This document shows, in pieces, positions 19,162 to 28,350 of a stretch of DNA of 64,000 nucleotides. The position numbers were made by a program, and so were the translations under genes. The DNA is from Terriglobia bacterium (GTDB lineage Bacteria; Acidobacteriota; Terriglobia; 20CM-2-55-15): NCBI GenBank assembly GCA_965198225.1, contig CBDAOY010000009.1:960001-1024000 (forward strand), written 5' to 3'. The notes under the pieces are model-generated. The model saw nothing but the letters and a program-made list of their open reading frames with translations. It was not told the DNA's origin and did not search any database. Within the stretch, counting starts at the first letter, position 1; every line of letters begins with the position of its first letter.

Positions 19162-20366
19162 GGTTCGGTCTTTGCCGTAAAGAAAGTTACGGAGCCGTCG
19201 CTGAAATCCACGCGGAACGTCACCCCGGTCATGTCCACCGCGGCTCCGTTGCCGGTCTGGACATCGTCAAAATTCTCCAGCTCGATCTTGAGAGTGCCGC
19301 CGCTGCCCACGGTGCTGATCCGGATGTCGGGGATCTGAAAAAACTGTGAAGAAACCAGCGCGTGCAGGGGTTCCTGCGTCACGCCGGTCCCGGCGATGAC
19401 CTCGTTGGAGAAGGTTACCGAATCACCGGACCCTTTCCTGGGACTGTTCGAATTGTAGACCGTTGTCCCGTTCAACCGGACCCTTCTGTAGAAGCCCGGT
19501 GGATCCGAAGTGTAGGTGAGCGTAAACGAGGAGATCGTCGTGGCGTCTTTGCCGAGGTTCTCCACGACGAACTCGACGTCGTCTGCATTGTTGCTCGTGG
19601 CGAAGCCTGTATCGTCCTTGTAAGCAAGAAGCGGCATGACCTCAAAAATCCGGTCTCCATGCGGGACATCCAGGAACTCGAAGAAACCACTCGTGTCGGT
19701 CGCTGTCGTACTGGTAGCCACGGCGCCCGCCGAGGGATAGGACAGCTTGACATCGACTCCGGCCAGGATGTTGCCGTTGCGGCGCACGTACCCGAATACC
19801 CGGGAAAAGGCCTCGCCCTTGTGGATCTCGATCAGGCCGTCATCGGACGTGCCCACGGTGCCGTCGGGACCGGGGACCTTGATCGTGGCGACGATCGGGG
19901 CTCCTGTGAACGCGCTCGTTCCCGCGGTCGTGTCCAATACGACAGCGTTGCCCCACGGGTCTTCGAGCAGATCCATCGGAGCGGTGATCAGGTAGGGACC
20001 GCGCCAGCCGTGACCGAGTTGCGTGATCGATTCGACCACATAATCCGGCAGCGCCCCCACCTCCGCCAGTTGGGTGAGCGAGGAGGGCAGGTTCCCCATG
20101 TCGCCGACAAACCCGAATCGGGTGACGTTGTCCTGCCCGCGCTGGATCTCTCTGGGAGTACCCACGACCGCTCTCTTGAGGCGGACGAGTTGATCGACGA
20201 CCGCCCTGTCGCGGGCGTTGTCGATCGCTGCCGGGACACCGATACTGAAGGTCAGGGCCAGCAGGACCATGATGGCCATGACGAGTGACACTTCGAACAG
20301 CGTCATGCCACGGCAGCTGTCGGCCTGTCGTCGTTCGGCCGCCATACTGTTGCCCGTCACGTTCAT
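19158..20366 (-). CDS. Large pilin-like protein, cassette 1 member B
   Basis: RG|MTLFEV leader, RFGFVGDMG, GWRGPY, DPWGN, DMTGV.F..DFSDGS. Confidence 0.85.
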   Translation of the reverse strand: MNVTGNSMAAERRQADSCRGMTLFEVSLVMAIMVLLALTFSIGVPAAIDNARDRAVVDQLVRLKRAVVGTPREIQRGQDNVTRFGFVGDMGNLPSSLTQLAEVGALPDYVVESITQLGHGWRGPYLITAPMDLLEDPWGNAVVLDTTAGTSAFTGAPIVATIKVPGPDGTVGTSDDGLIEIHKGEAFSRVFGYVRRNGNILAGVDVKLSYPSAGAVATSTTATDTSGFFEFLDVPHGDRIFEVMPLLAYKDDTGFATSNNADDVEFVVENLGKDATTISSFTLTYTSDPPGFYRRVRLNGTTVYNSNSPRKGSGDSVTFSNEVIAGTGVTQEPLHALVSSQFFQIPDIRISTVGSGGTLKIELENFDDVQTGNGAAVDMTGVTFRVDFSDGSVTFFTAKTEP

Positions 20367-20370
20367 CGCC

Positions 20371-21572
20371 TTACGGCTCCACCGGTACGACGACGATCAT
20401 CGAGCCGTCGCTGAAAGTGATTTCGAAGATCACGCCGGACATGTCGACGGCGGTCCCCCCGCCTGTCTGCGTGTCGACGAAATTCTGCATCTGGATCTTC
20501 ATGGAGCTTCCTTTTCCGATCTTGCCGATCTGGATGTCCGCCACGTCCGTTATCGGCGATTGAAGTCGGATCGGGAGCGACTCTTCGACCGTGCCGCGCC
20601 CCTTCGCCGTTTTTCCGGAGAAATTCACCGTGTCTCCGGTGCCGAGTCGCGGGTTGCTGGAGTTGTACACCGTCGAACCGTCCACCCGCAGCCGGTTGAA
20701 GTAGGCGGGCGGATCGATCGAATAGTCGAAAGTCATGGAAGTGATCGTGATGTCTTCGGATGCGAAATTCTTGACGAAAAACTCGACGTCGTCGTTGTTC
20801 CCGCCCTTGACCACGGCCGTTCCGGCAGCCAGTACGAGTCGGGGCTCCACCGTCAGCGAGCGGTTTCCGAACGGAATGTCCGCGAAGAAGTAGTAACCCA
20901 GCGAATCGGTCGTGGCGGTCGAGGAAGTCAGAACACCGTTCTGGGCGTAGTTGAGGGTGATATCCATGCCCGGCACCACGTTGCCCTTGTTGTCGCGCAC
21001 GAAACCCTGAACCCTGGAGACGACTTCGGAGTTGAAGAAATTGACGGTGATGTCGTCGCCGTTGCCGAGAGAAAAATCCGGTCCCAGCGATGCCAGCTTT
21101 CCCTTCGCCCCGGCGCCGAACGTGGCATCAGTGAACGGGCTGTTGCTGTAGGAGAGTCCGTTGCCCCAGCCGTCCTTCATCAGGGCCGCCAGCGCCTCGA
21201 TCGTCTCGAGGGTCACATACGGGCCGTTCCAACCCGCGCCGGTCTTCTTCGTGGTGTCGAATGTGAACGCCGGCTGCGTGTCCTTGATCCAGAGGTCGGT
21301 CAGCGTCGCCGGCAGGTTGCCCATGTCGCCGACGTAGCCGAACGCCGTCCGGGTTTCATCGACCACGATCACCGGATCGCCCGACACGGCGCGCTGCAGG
21401 TCGGCCAGCCGATCTACGGTGATGTCGTGCTGAAGCATGTCGAGTGCGTTGCTGGCGACGCAAGGATCGACACGATCGCGAGCGTGGCCACGGCCTCGAC
21501 CAGGCTGAAGCCGGTTTCAATCCGTGCCTCCGTCGGCGAGGTCGACGCCAGCGTCTGGGAGGTCGATCTCAT
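20371..21572 (-). pseudogene. Large pilin-like protein, cassette 1 member C, frameshifted near 21450
   Basis: ATG at 21572 gives TG|FSLVEAVATLAIVSILA; the body continues in the 20371-21438 frame (AFGYVGDMG, GAGWNGPY, DGWGN, FSDGS). Confidence 0.8.
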
Positions 21573-22759
21573 TTCCGCTCCGGAGTGAATATGGCGACGG
21601 AACCGTCCGAAAACGTAACCTCGAACGAGATCCCGGTCATGTCGACGTCGGTGCCCGAGCCGGACTCGACGTCCTTGAAGTTCTGCAGCTTGATGCGCTT
21701 CGTTGCACCGGCCTGCGCGGACTGTCCAATGTTCTGGTCGAGCGCCAGGGTGAAGCCGGACTGGACCCGAACCGGGGATATCAGCCCGCTGTCGGAACCG
21801 GTCCCTTTGATCGTCTTGCTGGAGCTGAAGACGATGGTCTCGCCGCTCGCGGCTCTGTCCGAAGAGTCGTTGAAGACGGTCGAGTTGCCGACCTTGATTT
21901 TTTCGTAGAAAGCCGTCACATCGAATTCGGCCTTCAGGCTCGTGATGATGATGTCGTTGGCCGAGAAATTCTGGATGACGAACTCGACGTCGTTGTTCGA
22001 CCCACCCTTTGTGAAGCCGGTGTCGGCGACGTAGACCAGCGCGGGCTCGACTACCAGGCTGCGGTTGCCGAAAGGAACGTCGGTGAACGTGTACGCGCCG
22101 GACGCATTCGTGGTCGTGCTCGAGACTGCCGGGCTTCCGCCGGAAGGCTTGTTGATTTTGGCGGTCACGCCGGTCAGGGGATTCCCGCTGGCGTCCCGGA
22201 TGTATCCGACCACGGTCGCGAACAGGTCGGTCTCGTAGATTTCGACCGTGAGGTCGTCCCCTCCGCCCAAATCCGCATCCGGTCCGTAGCTGATCAGCCG
22301 GGCCCGGTACGTCTGTCCGGTCGATGAACTGACCCCGGTCTGGACCTCGTATACGATCGAGTTGCCCCATCCGTCGCGTGCGATGTCGGCGAATTGGTCC
22401 GTGGCGGGAACGCCGAAGTACGGACCGGCCCAGCCCGAACCCAACCTCAAGCTGGTGTCGAAGGTGAACAACGGCTGGGCGTTTCGAACCCAGAGCTCTT
22501 CCAGCGAGGTGGGCAGGGAGCCCATGGCCCCGATGAAGCCGAAATCGGTGCGGGATTCCTTCGTGACGATCCGTGGGTTTCCGATGATCGCGTGACGCAG
22601 TGCAGCAAGTCTGCGGCCGGTTTCGCGCTCGCGTTCGGCCTCCACCGGTTGGGAGAGTAGTGTAACCGTGCCGACAGCCACGAGCATCAGGATCCCCAGG
22701 CTGACGGAGACTTCCATCAGCGAGATCCCGCGATCACGTTGCGGACAGAGCGTTCCCAA
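21569..22759 (-). CDS. Large pilin-like protein, cassette 1 member D
   Basis: Probable TTG start after AGGAGG; RG|ISLMEV, DFGFIGAMG, GSGWAGPY, DGWGN, DMTGISFEVTFSDGS. Confidence 0.85.
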   Translation of the reverse strand: MGTLCPQRDRGISLMEVSVSLGILMLVAVGTVTLLSQPVEAERERETGRRLAALRHAIIGNPRIVTKESRTDFGFIGAMGSLPTSLEELWVRNAQPLFTFDTSLRLGSGWAGPYFGVPATDQFADIARDGWGNSIVYEVQTGVSSSTGQTYRARLISYGPDADLGGGDDLTVEIYETDLFATVVGYIRDASGNPLTGVTAKINKPSGGSPAVSSTTTNASGAYTFTDVPFGNRSLVVEPALVYVADTGFTKGGSNNDVEFVIQNFSANDIIITSLKAEFDVTAFYEKIKVGNSTVFNDSSDRAASGETIVFSSSKTIKGTGSDSGLISPVRVQSGFTLALDQNIGQSAQAGATKRIKLQNFKDVESGSGTDVDMTGISFEVTFSDGSVAIFTPERK

Positions 22760-22804
22760 TGCCTCCTCCTTGAGGTTGGTGCCCCGACGATCTTTCCCGC
22801 CGTC

Positions 22805-22915
22805 GGTACGACCAGTCACGCCGATCATTCGGCGTCATTAGGTTTAAGGATCGGCAACGGACGTCCGAAACTGCAACCAAAAGCGACGAGCCGGCAAACC
22901 AGACATCTGGTCAAG
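22805..22915 (-). promoter_or_regulatory. Conserved upstream leader, copy 1 (paralogue at ~24835-24950)
   Basis: Shared CGCTTTT..GGTTG.AGT...GATCC(T)TAAACC..ATGACGC(C/T)GAATGATCGGCGTGAC upstream of two different pilin genes. Confidence 0.55.
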
Positions 22916-22980
22916 ACGCTCGGGCGCGCTGGCTTCTCCGGACCCCGGTTTCTCCCTGGGAGCCGTTAGAGGAAATGCAT

Positions 22981-23255
22981 CTACTTGATTCGATAGATGA
23001 TGTCGTCGCCAGCCGGAGCGACAGCGGCTGTCTTGGAAATGTTGAAGCTTGTGTCGACCGTTGAGTCGGGTCCCGCCGAGAGGACGAAGCACGCATCGGC
23101 GCTCCCGCGCTTTGCGTTGATGATATTGACGAGATAACGGTTGCCCCATGGATCCGATCCGGGGTCCATGTATGGGCCGTTCCACTTGAACGGTCTGGCG
23201 GATGCCGTGGTCGTCGGATAGGAGGGAGCGTTTGTCAGAAGCTGCGGATAAGCGG
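22981..23255 (-). pseudogene. C-terminal half of a GspG-type pilin, cut by intron insertion
   Basis: KWNGPY...DPWGNRYLVN...LSAGPD..DT...GDDIIYRIK; the upstream frame runs into intron sequence. Confidence 0.85.
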
Positions 23256-23259
23256 TATA

Positions 23260-24577
23260 TCGCGCCAAGCAAAGCTTGGGAAAGGGGAATTTGATGTGAG
23301 TCGATGAAACCTTTCGAAAGGAATCCAACTGGTGAAAATCCAGTCCGGCTAAAGCCGTAGCGGGCAGGCCGGTAGCGAGTCTTGCCTGTCGCCGGGTGAT
23401 CGGCGGGAGAGAAGCGTAGACAGCGAGGAAGTGGCGCAGCGAGGCTAGCTGCTGTGCTAGCGGGTGCAAGTCCCGCCGGCGCAATTTCCAGTATGGCGCC
23501 GTAGTTATATCCGGCAGTTATTGGGGTGACCCAATGGCTGGAAGCCCGGAAGTAAAAGCTCTAGACGGGGGAGAGGCGACACCGTATCTGTCCGGATCAG
23601 CACAGGGAGCAAGCAACCCGGAGGGCCGTAGCGAGAGCGAACGAACAAGACGCCGAAATGGCTGTCCCCGCATGAAGCTGATTTGCGGGAACGTTGGAGA
23701 TGCCAAGTGGTTCCCACTTTTTCATGATGGCCAGTGTCGGTATGGAAGAACTGGAGTGAGCACATACCGAATCTCCCGGCGTAGGCTGAAGGCGGCAATC
23801 CTGGAGAGTACAGTAGCGAAAGCCCGGAAGGTCTGGTGACCAGGCAGGAGGGTCCTTGAATGCCAAAGACTATCGCTATAACCGGCACTGCCGGGAAATG
23901 GGATGGAGGCCACCAGACTGGCGGATGGGGTCGCCAAGCGAGGATGGTTGGGACAACATAACCCAACTGGAGCGAGGACCCCAGGGCCCAGGTGAGGTCG
24001 ACCGCGGTCAATGGTCCCACACTCTGAAGTGGAGAATCCAGTTGACCGGGACGGCCCCTAAGGGCGGAGCAAACTGATTCGGCGAACGGTGTATTGTCGG
24101 GACCGGACTTTAGCCGCGAGCGGAGCCAGGAAGGCTTCGTGCCGAACTTACAGGTGCCTGGCGCTTGAAGCCGTACTGGGGAAAACCCGACGTACGGAAT
24201 TTCAGGGAGGGCGGCTGGAAACGTGAGCCATGGCAGAATTAGGAACCCGCTCCACGTATCGAAAGAGTGGAAGTCGGAAACTCTCATGCCTACAGTTGCG
24301 CGCGCCAGTGCTCTACCCGACGGCCGCGAGGATTCAGCTCCGAAATTTATTACGTTGCGGATGCCGAGGCTTTTATATCGGTCGAAGGCCGCATCCGGAC
24401 AGCCGTCATGCGAGGTTGTCGGGAGCCGCCGGAGTCTCTAGCCCGGGGCACGCTTCCACAGGGATTCTCCAGGAACTTGGGAAAGCCTCGCAATCTCCTC
24501 TCGAAGAGGTAGTCGGCGGTCGAGGGCAACCAGAGACTGCGGGCGACGGGTTGAGAGGAATCTTATGAGCCCATAGT
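23260..24577 (+). mobile_element. Outer group II intron, 5' domains only, split by an inner intron
   Basis: Domain I hallmarks GGTGAAAATCC and GAAGCGTAGACAGCGAG resume after the inner intron as GGCCGCG..ATTCAGCTCCGAAAT, GCCGAGG...GAAGGC, CCAGGAACTTGGGA, ATGAGCCCATAGT; no domain V or RT ORF follows. Confidence 0.7.
23434..24321 (+). mobile_element. Inner, apparently complete ORF-less group II intron (~890 nt)
   Basis: 5' GCGGGTGCAAGTCCCGC loop, domain V GAAGCCGTACTGGGGAAAACCCGACGTACGGAATTTC at ~24167-24203, long domain VI ending CTCTACCCGAC; no RT ORF. 5' boundary uncertain by about 3 nt. Confidence 0.85.
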
Positions 24578-24628
24578 GTGTGCTGAGCAGCGCACCGCTC
24601 AGGAGGGTTGAAGTCCCTCCGGTGATCG
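24578..24628 (+). mobile_element. 5' stub of a third group II intron
   Basis: Canonical GTGTG start followed by GGAGGGTTGAAGTCCCTCC, exactly where the outer intron breaks off. Confidence 0.55.
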
Positions 24629-24636
24629 GATGAGGG

Positions 24637-24801
24637 TCACCGTATCGCTCCAGGTCCGCCTTGGCTGTTTCCGGCTTTCGCCTTCATCAACGACGATGCG
24701 AGCGGGACGAGAAAACCCGCCATGATGCTGACGATGAACAGTGAGGCGACCACTTCCGGCAGAGTGAAGCCGCGGCTTCGGCAACGACCGGAGAGACTCA
24801 T
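24637..24801 (-). pseudogene. N-terminal fragment of a GspG-type pilin
   Basis: RG|FTLPEVVASLFIVSIMAGFLVP leader, then degenerate (ETAKADLE in another frame); probable partner of 22981-23255. Confidence 0.75.
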
Positions 24802-24834
24802 GCGCGTTCTGCGTGGACGATCATTCACCGTCGT

Positions 24835-24950
24835 CGGTCTCCAAGCCGGTCACGCCGATCATTCAGCGTCATGGGTTTAGGATCTGAGAAGGGCGTCGGG
24901 GACTTCAACCTGAAAAGCGTCGAACCGACAAAAACACACATCGACCTAAG
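24835..24950 (-). promoter_or_regulatory. Conserved upstream leader, copy 2
   Basis: Paralogous to 22805-22915. Confidence 0.55.
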
Positions 24951-25023
24951 AATATGGCCTGTTTTTGTTTAGGGGAGAGTCTGACTCTGGGGCGGGGAGG
25001 GGGTTCAACAGCCCTGGGAGAGC

Positions 25024-25629
25024 TTATTTCACTCGCCCGACGATATCGTCGCCGCCGATCGTCACCGCGCCGGCGCCGGATCCGATGTTCTGGTCGAACG
25101 TGGTTTCGATCTGCCCGTTAGGTCCGGCCGAGATGACCATTCCGGCCTTCTGGACCCCGAAGCGGAGGTTCTCGGCGCTGACCAGGTAGGCGTTGCCCCA
25201 GGGATCGTCGCCGAGCTCCTGAACGTAGGGGCCGCGCCACGCAAACCGGCCGGCCGTGCCGTATCCGGGGACGTTGCGGCCGAGAATGTCTTCAAGATCT
25301 CCTCGCTCGTTGAGGGCCGGCAACCATTCGCTGTCGGTAGCCGAGGGAAGGGTTCCCGGGCCGAGCAGGATCTCGTAGTAATCGGAAGATGTGGTGATGC
25401 CGACGCCCGACTTGAAGATCGGCCACTTGCCTGTCGCCTTGTTGAAGTTCCGGATGGCCTGGCCGATGTTCACGACCTCCAGCTCGGCCCGTGTGACGCG
25501 GGCTTCTTCCACCAGTCGGCTCACCATTGGCGTGAGAATCGTGACGAGTATCACCAGGACCGCCAGAACCACAACCACTTCCAGGAGAGTGAACCCGAAT
25601 TCTTGCCTGCCGACGAATCTCATGATCAT
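25024..25629 (-). CDS. GspG-type pilin, last gene of cassette 2
   Basis: G|FTLLEVVVVL, WRGPY, DPWGNAY, SAGPNG.IET, GGDDIVGRVK. Confidence 0.9.
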   Translation of the reverse strand: MIMRFVGRQEFGFTLLEVVVVLAVLVILVTILTPMVSRLVEEARVTRAELEVVNIGQAIRNFNKATGKWPIFKSGVGITTSSDYYEILLGPGTLPSATDSEWLPALNERGDLEDILGRNVPGYGTAGRFAWRGPYVQELGDDPWGNAYLVSAENLRFGVQKAGMVISAGPNGQIETTFDQNIGSGAGAVTIGGDDIVGRVK

Positions 25630-26792
25630 GGCACCGAAAACGTGTTGACCGAGCCGTCGCTGAAGCCGATCGTAAACGTGACGCCGCTGACCGAGACGCC
25701 GCTCGCGGATCCCGTCGCTGCATCTTTGAAGTCTCGAATCTCGACGACGACGGACTTGCCGACTCCTCGAATCTCGACGTCCGGCGCTGCCGTGACCTCC
25801 TGTTCCACGCGGATCGGGATGACCTGCGTCGGCTTGCCCGTTCCGGCGACCGCCACCGCGGAGAAATTAATCGTCTCGCCGGTGCCCGGCCGGACACTGC
25901 TGTTGTCGGTGACGTAGTCGAAGACCTGCGTGTTTCCGATCTTGACTTCCTCGTAGTAGGACGCCGGCGAAGACGTGTATGTCGCCGTCATCGACGTGAC
26001 GTTGACCGCGTCGGACCCGAAGTTGGCCACCGTAAACTTGAGTCGGGTGCCCTGCAGCTTGGCGGTGCCGTTCTCATAGGTCAGCCGCGGATCGATGGCC
26101 AGGCTGCGAAACCCGAACGAGACATCGGTGAACGTGAAGTCGCCGCTGGCGTCGGTGACCGCGACGCGCTGGTCCACTGCGCCGTCAACCGGTACGTTGA
26201 GGGAGACGGAAGCAAAGGGAACAGTCTGATTGTTCCGCTTCAACGTCCCGTTGACGGTCGAGAAGATTTCTCCCTTGAGAAGGTCGATGGACAGGTCGTC
26301 GTCGGTTCCGCTCGTCCCGTCGGCGCCGAGGCTCGTGATTCGGGCTGCGACAAGGGCGTTATCCGAGGCACGGTTGAACTCGGTTGACGTGTACACAAGC
26401 GGATTTCCGAAGGGATCCAGGTCCAGCGTCAGGAGATCCTCGACGAACGTGTCGGGCGCGTAGGGGCCCACCCACCCGGCACCGACCAGGTCGGTCGTGT
26501 CGAAGACGTAGCCCGCCTGAGCCCCCTTGATCCACAGTTTGTCGAGCGTGACTGGTACGCCTCCCATTGTGCCGATGTAACCGAAATCGGCCCGGCCGCC
26601 TTCAATCACCAGGTTCGGATTACCGGCCATGGCTGTCTTGAGCGCTTCCAGATCCTCGCGAGCCTGCAGCGTTCTCGAAGCATTCGCAACCTGGTTCGCC
26701 ACCGGGACCGAAGCGACGATTAACGCGGTGGTCATCGCCATGAGGACGACGGCCCACAGGATTCCCATTCCCCTGTTTCGCTCCTGATTCAT
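25626..26792 (-). CDS. Large pilin-like protein, cassette 2 member A (no Glu5)
   Basis: RG|MGILWAVVLM; colinear paralogue of 17986-19161 (e.g. GKPTQ.(V/I)PIRVEQE.T.APDV). Confidence 0.85.
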   Translation of the reverse strand: MNQERNRGMGILWAVVLMAMTTALIVASVPVANQVANASRTLQAREDLEALKTAMAGNPNLVIEGGRADFGYIGTMGGVPVTLDKLWIKGAQAGYVFDTTDLVGAGWVGPYAPDTFVEDLLTLDLDPFGNPLVYTSTEFNRASDNALVAARITSLGADGTSGTDDDLSIDLLKGEIFSTVNGTLKRNNQTVPFASVSLNVPVDGAVDQRVAVTDASGDFTFTDVSFGFRSLAIDPRLTYENGTAKLQGTRLKFTVANFGSDAVNVTSMTATYTSSPASYYEEVKIGNTQVFDYVTDNSSVRPGTGETINFSAVAVAGTGKPTQVIPIRVEQEVTAAPDVEIRGVGKSVVVEIRDFKDAATGSASGVSVSGVTFTIGFSDGSVNTFSVP

Positions 26793-27982
26793 GGCATCTG
26801 CCTCGTCGTGAAGAGTGTTGTCGAGCCGTCGCTGAAAACGATCTCGAAGGTCACGCCCGTCATGTCCACGTCGGCTGCTCCACCGCCGGTTGGAGCATCG
26901 GCGAATTCACTCAGTTCGATGTTGAGGGTACCGCCCGTTCCGATCGCGTTGATGCTGATTTCAGGCACCTGGAATGCCAGCGACGAGACCACAAGATGCT
27001 GAGGCTCCTGGATGACGTTGGTCCCGGCGACCAGTTCGGCGGGAAACGTGATGACATCGCCCGAGCCGGCCCTTGGGCTCGTCGAGTTGAACACGAGTGA
27101 GTCGTTGATCCGGACCTGCTCATAGTAAGCCGGCGGACTCGAAGAGTATGTCAACGTGAACGAAGTGACCGTCGTGGAGTCTTTGCCTAGATTCTCGATC
27201 ACGAACTCGACATCGCTGAACTGGACAGTCGTCGTGAATGCCGTGTCCTGCTGGTAGCTGAGCTTGGGATTGACCTCGATCACCCGTTCCCCGTGAGGAA
27301 TGAGACCGAACGAGTAGAAACCATCCGCATCGGTTGCCGTCGTGGTGGTGATGATGCTGCCGGCGTCCGGGTACGATATGACGACGTCGACCCCGGGTAT
27401 GGTGTTCCCGCCGGGGTCGCGGATGTATCCGAACAGGTCTGATTTCGCCTCTCCTTTGTAGATCTCGACGCTCTCGTCGTCCGCGGTGTCGGCGACGCCG
27501 TCACCTCCCAGAGAACGGATCGTCGCGACCACGGTCGAACCCGTGGATGCACTCGTCTTTTGAGTTGTGTCCAACTCCAACGGATTGCCCCAGGGGTCTT
27601 CAAGGAAATCCAGCGGATCGGTGGCGATGTAGGGACCGCGCCAGCCCGACCCGAGTTCGATGATGGACGTGACTTCGTAGGCGGGCTGAGCTCCGATGTC
27701 GATCAGATTTCCGAGAGCGGCCGGAAAGCTTCCCATGTCGCCGACGTAGCCGAAGCGACTGATGTTCCCCTCGCCCAGGCGTATAACGGAAGGCTCACCG
27801 ATCAGCGCTCGCTTGACGCGCATGACCTGTTCCCGGGTCTGCTCCGAGCGGTTTTGCTCCATGGTCAGAGGGACCATGAAGCCGAAGCTGTATGCCAGCA
27901 ATGCCAGAACCGACAGCGCAAGCGTCACCTCCGGAAGGCTGGTGCCCCGGTTGCCTCCGGACGGCTTCGTCGGTTTCCTCAT
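26789..27982 (-). CDS. Large pilin-like protein, cassette 2 member B
   Basis: RG|TSLPEV; colinear paralogue of 19158-20366 (RFG.VGDMG, GWRGPY, ENLGKD.TT..SFTLTY). Confidence 0.85.
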   Translation of the reverse strand: MRKPTKPSGGNRGTSLPEVTLALSVLALLAYSFGFMVPLTMEQNRSEQTREQVMRVKRALIGEPSVIRLGEGNISRFGYVGDMGSFPAALGNLIDIGAQPAYEVTSIIELGSGWRGPYIATDPLDFLEDPWGNPLELDTTQKTSASTGSTVVATIRSLGGDGVADTADDESVEIYKGEAKSDLFGYIRDPGGNTIPGVDVVISYPDAGSIITTTTATDADGFYSFGLIPHGERVIEVNPKLSYQQDTAFTTTVQFSDVEFVIENLGKDSTTVTSFTLTYSSSPPAYYEQVRINDSLVFNSTSPRAGSGDVITFPAELVAGTNVIQEPQHLVVSSLAFQVPEISINAIGTGGTLNIELSEFADAPTGGGAADVDMTGVTFEIVFSDGSTTLFTTRQMP

Positions 27983-28350
27983 GGCGTGGGATCCGTCGGC
28001 GTCGCGACGACCACCGACCCGTCACTGAACGTGAGCTCGAAGATCACGCCGGTCATGTCAACCGCGTTGCCGTTGCCGGTTGCCGTGTCTTCGAAGTTCT
28101 GCATCTCGATCGTCAACGAGCTGCCCCGGCCGATGTCGCCGATCACGATATCGTTGACGTCGGTAATCGACGACTGGATGCGGATCGGGAGCGATTCGGC
28201 GACCGCGCCGGTGCCGTCGATGGTTTCGGCCGCAAAGTTTGATGTGTCTCCGGTCGCAAACCGCGGGTTGCTGGAGTTGAAGACCGTCGTGTTGCCGATC
28301 CGGAGCCTTTCGAAGTAGGCCGGCGGCTGGATGTCGAAATCGATGGTCAC
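27979..28350 (-). pseudogene. C-terminal part of cassette 2 member C
   Basis: PPAYF.RLR...TV.NSSNPR..TGDT...ESLPIR.QS.ITDV matches 20371-20750; the 5' two-thirds are missing. Confidence 0.85.

Noticed and set aside
23505-24287. 260-aa ORF as an intron-encoded protein
   Set aside because: It is antisense to the intron and has no RT motifs such as YADD.
17986-28350. Diversity-generating retroelement or shufflon acting on pilin C-termini
   Set aside because: No RT, no near-identical TR/VR pair with adenine-specific differences and no recombinase; the paralogues are broadly diverged.
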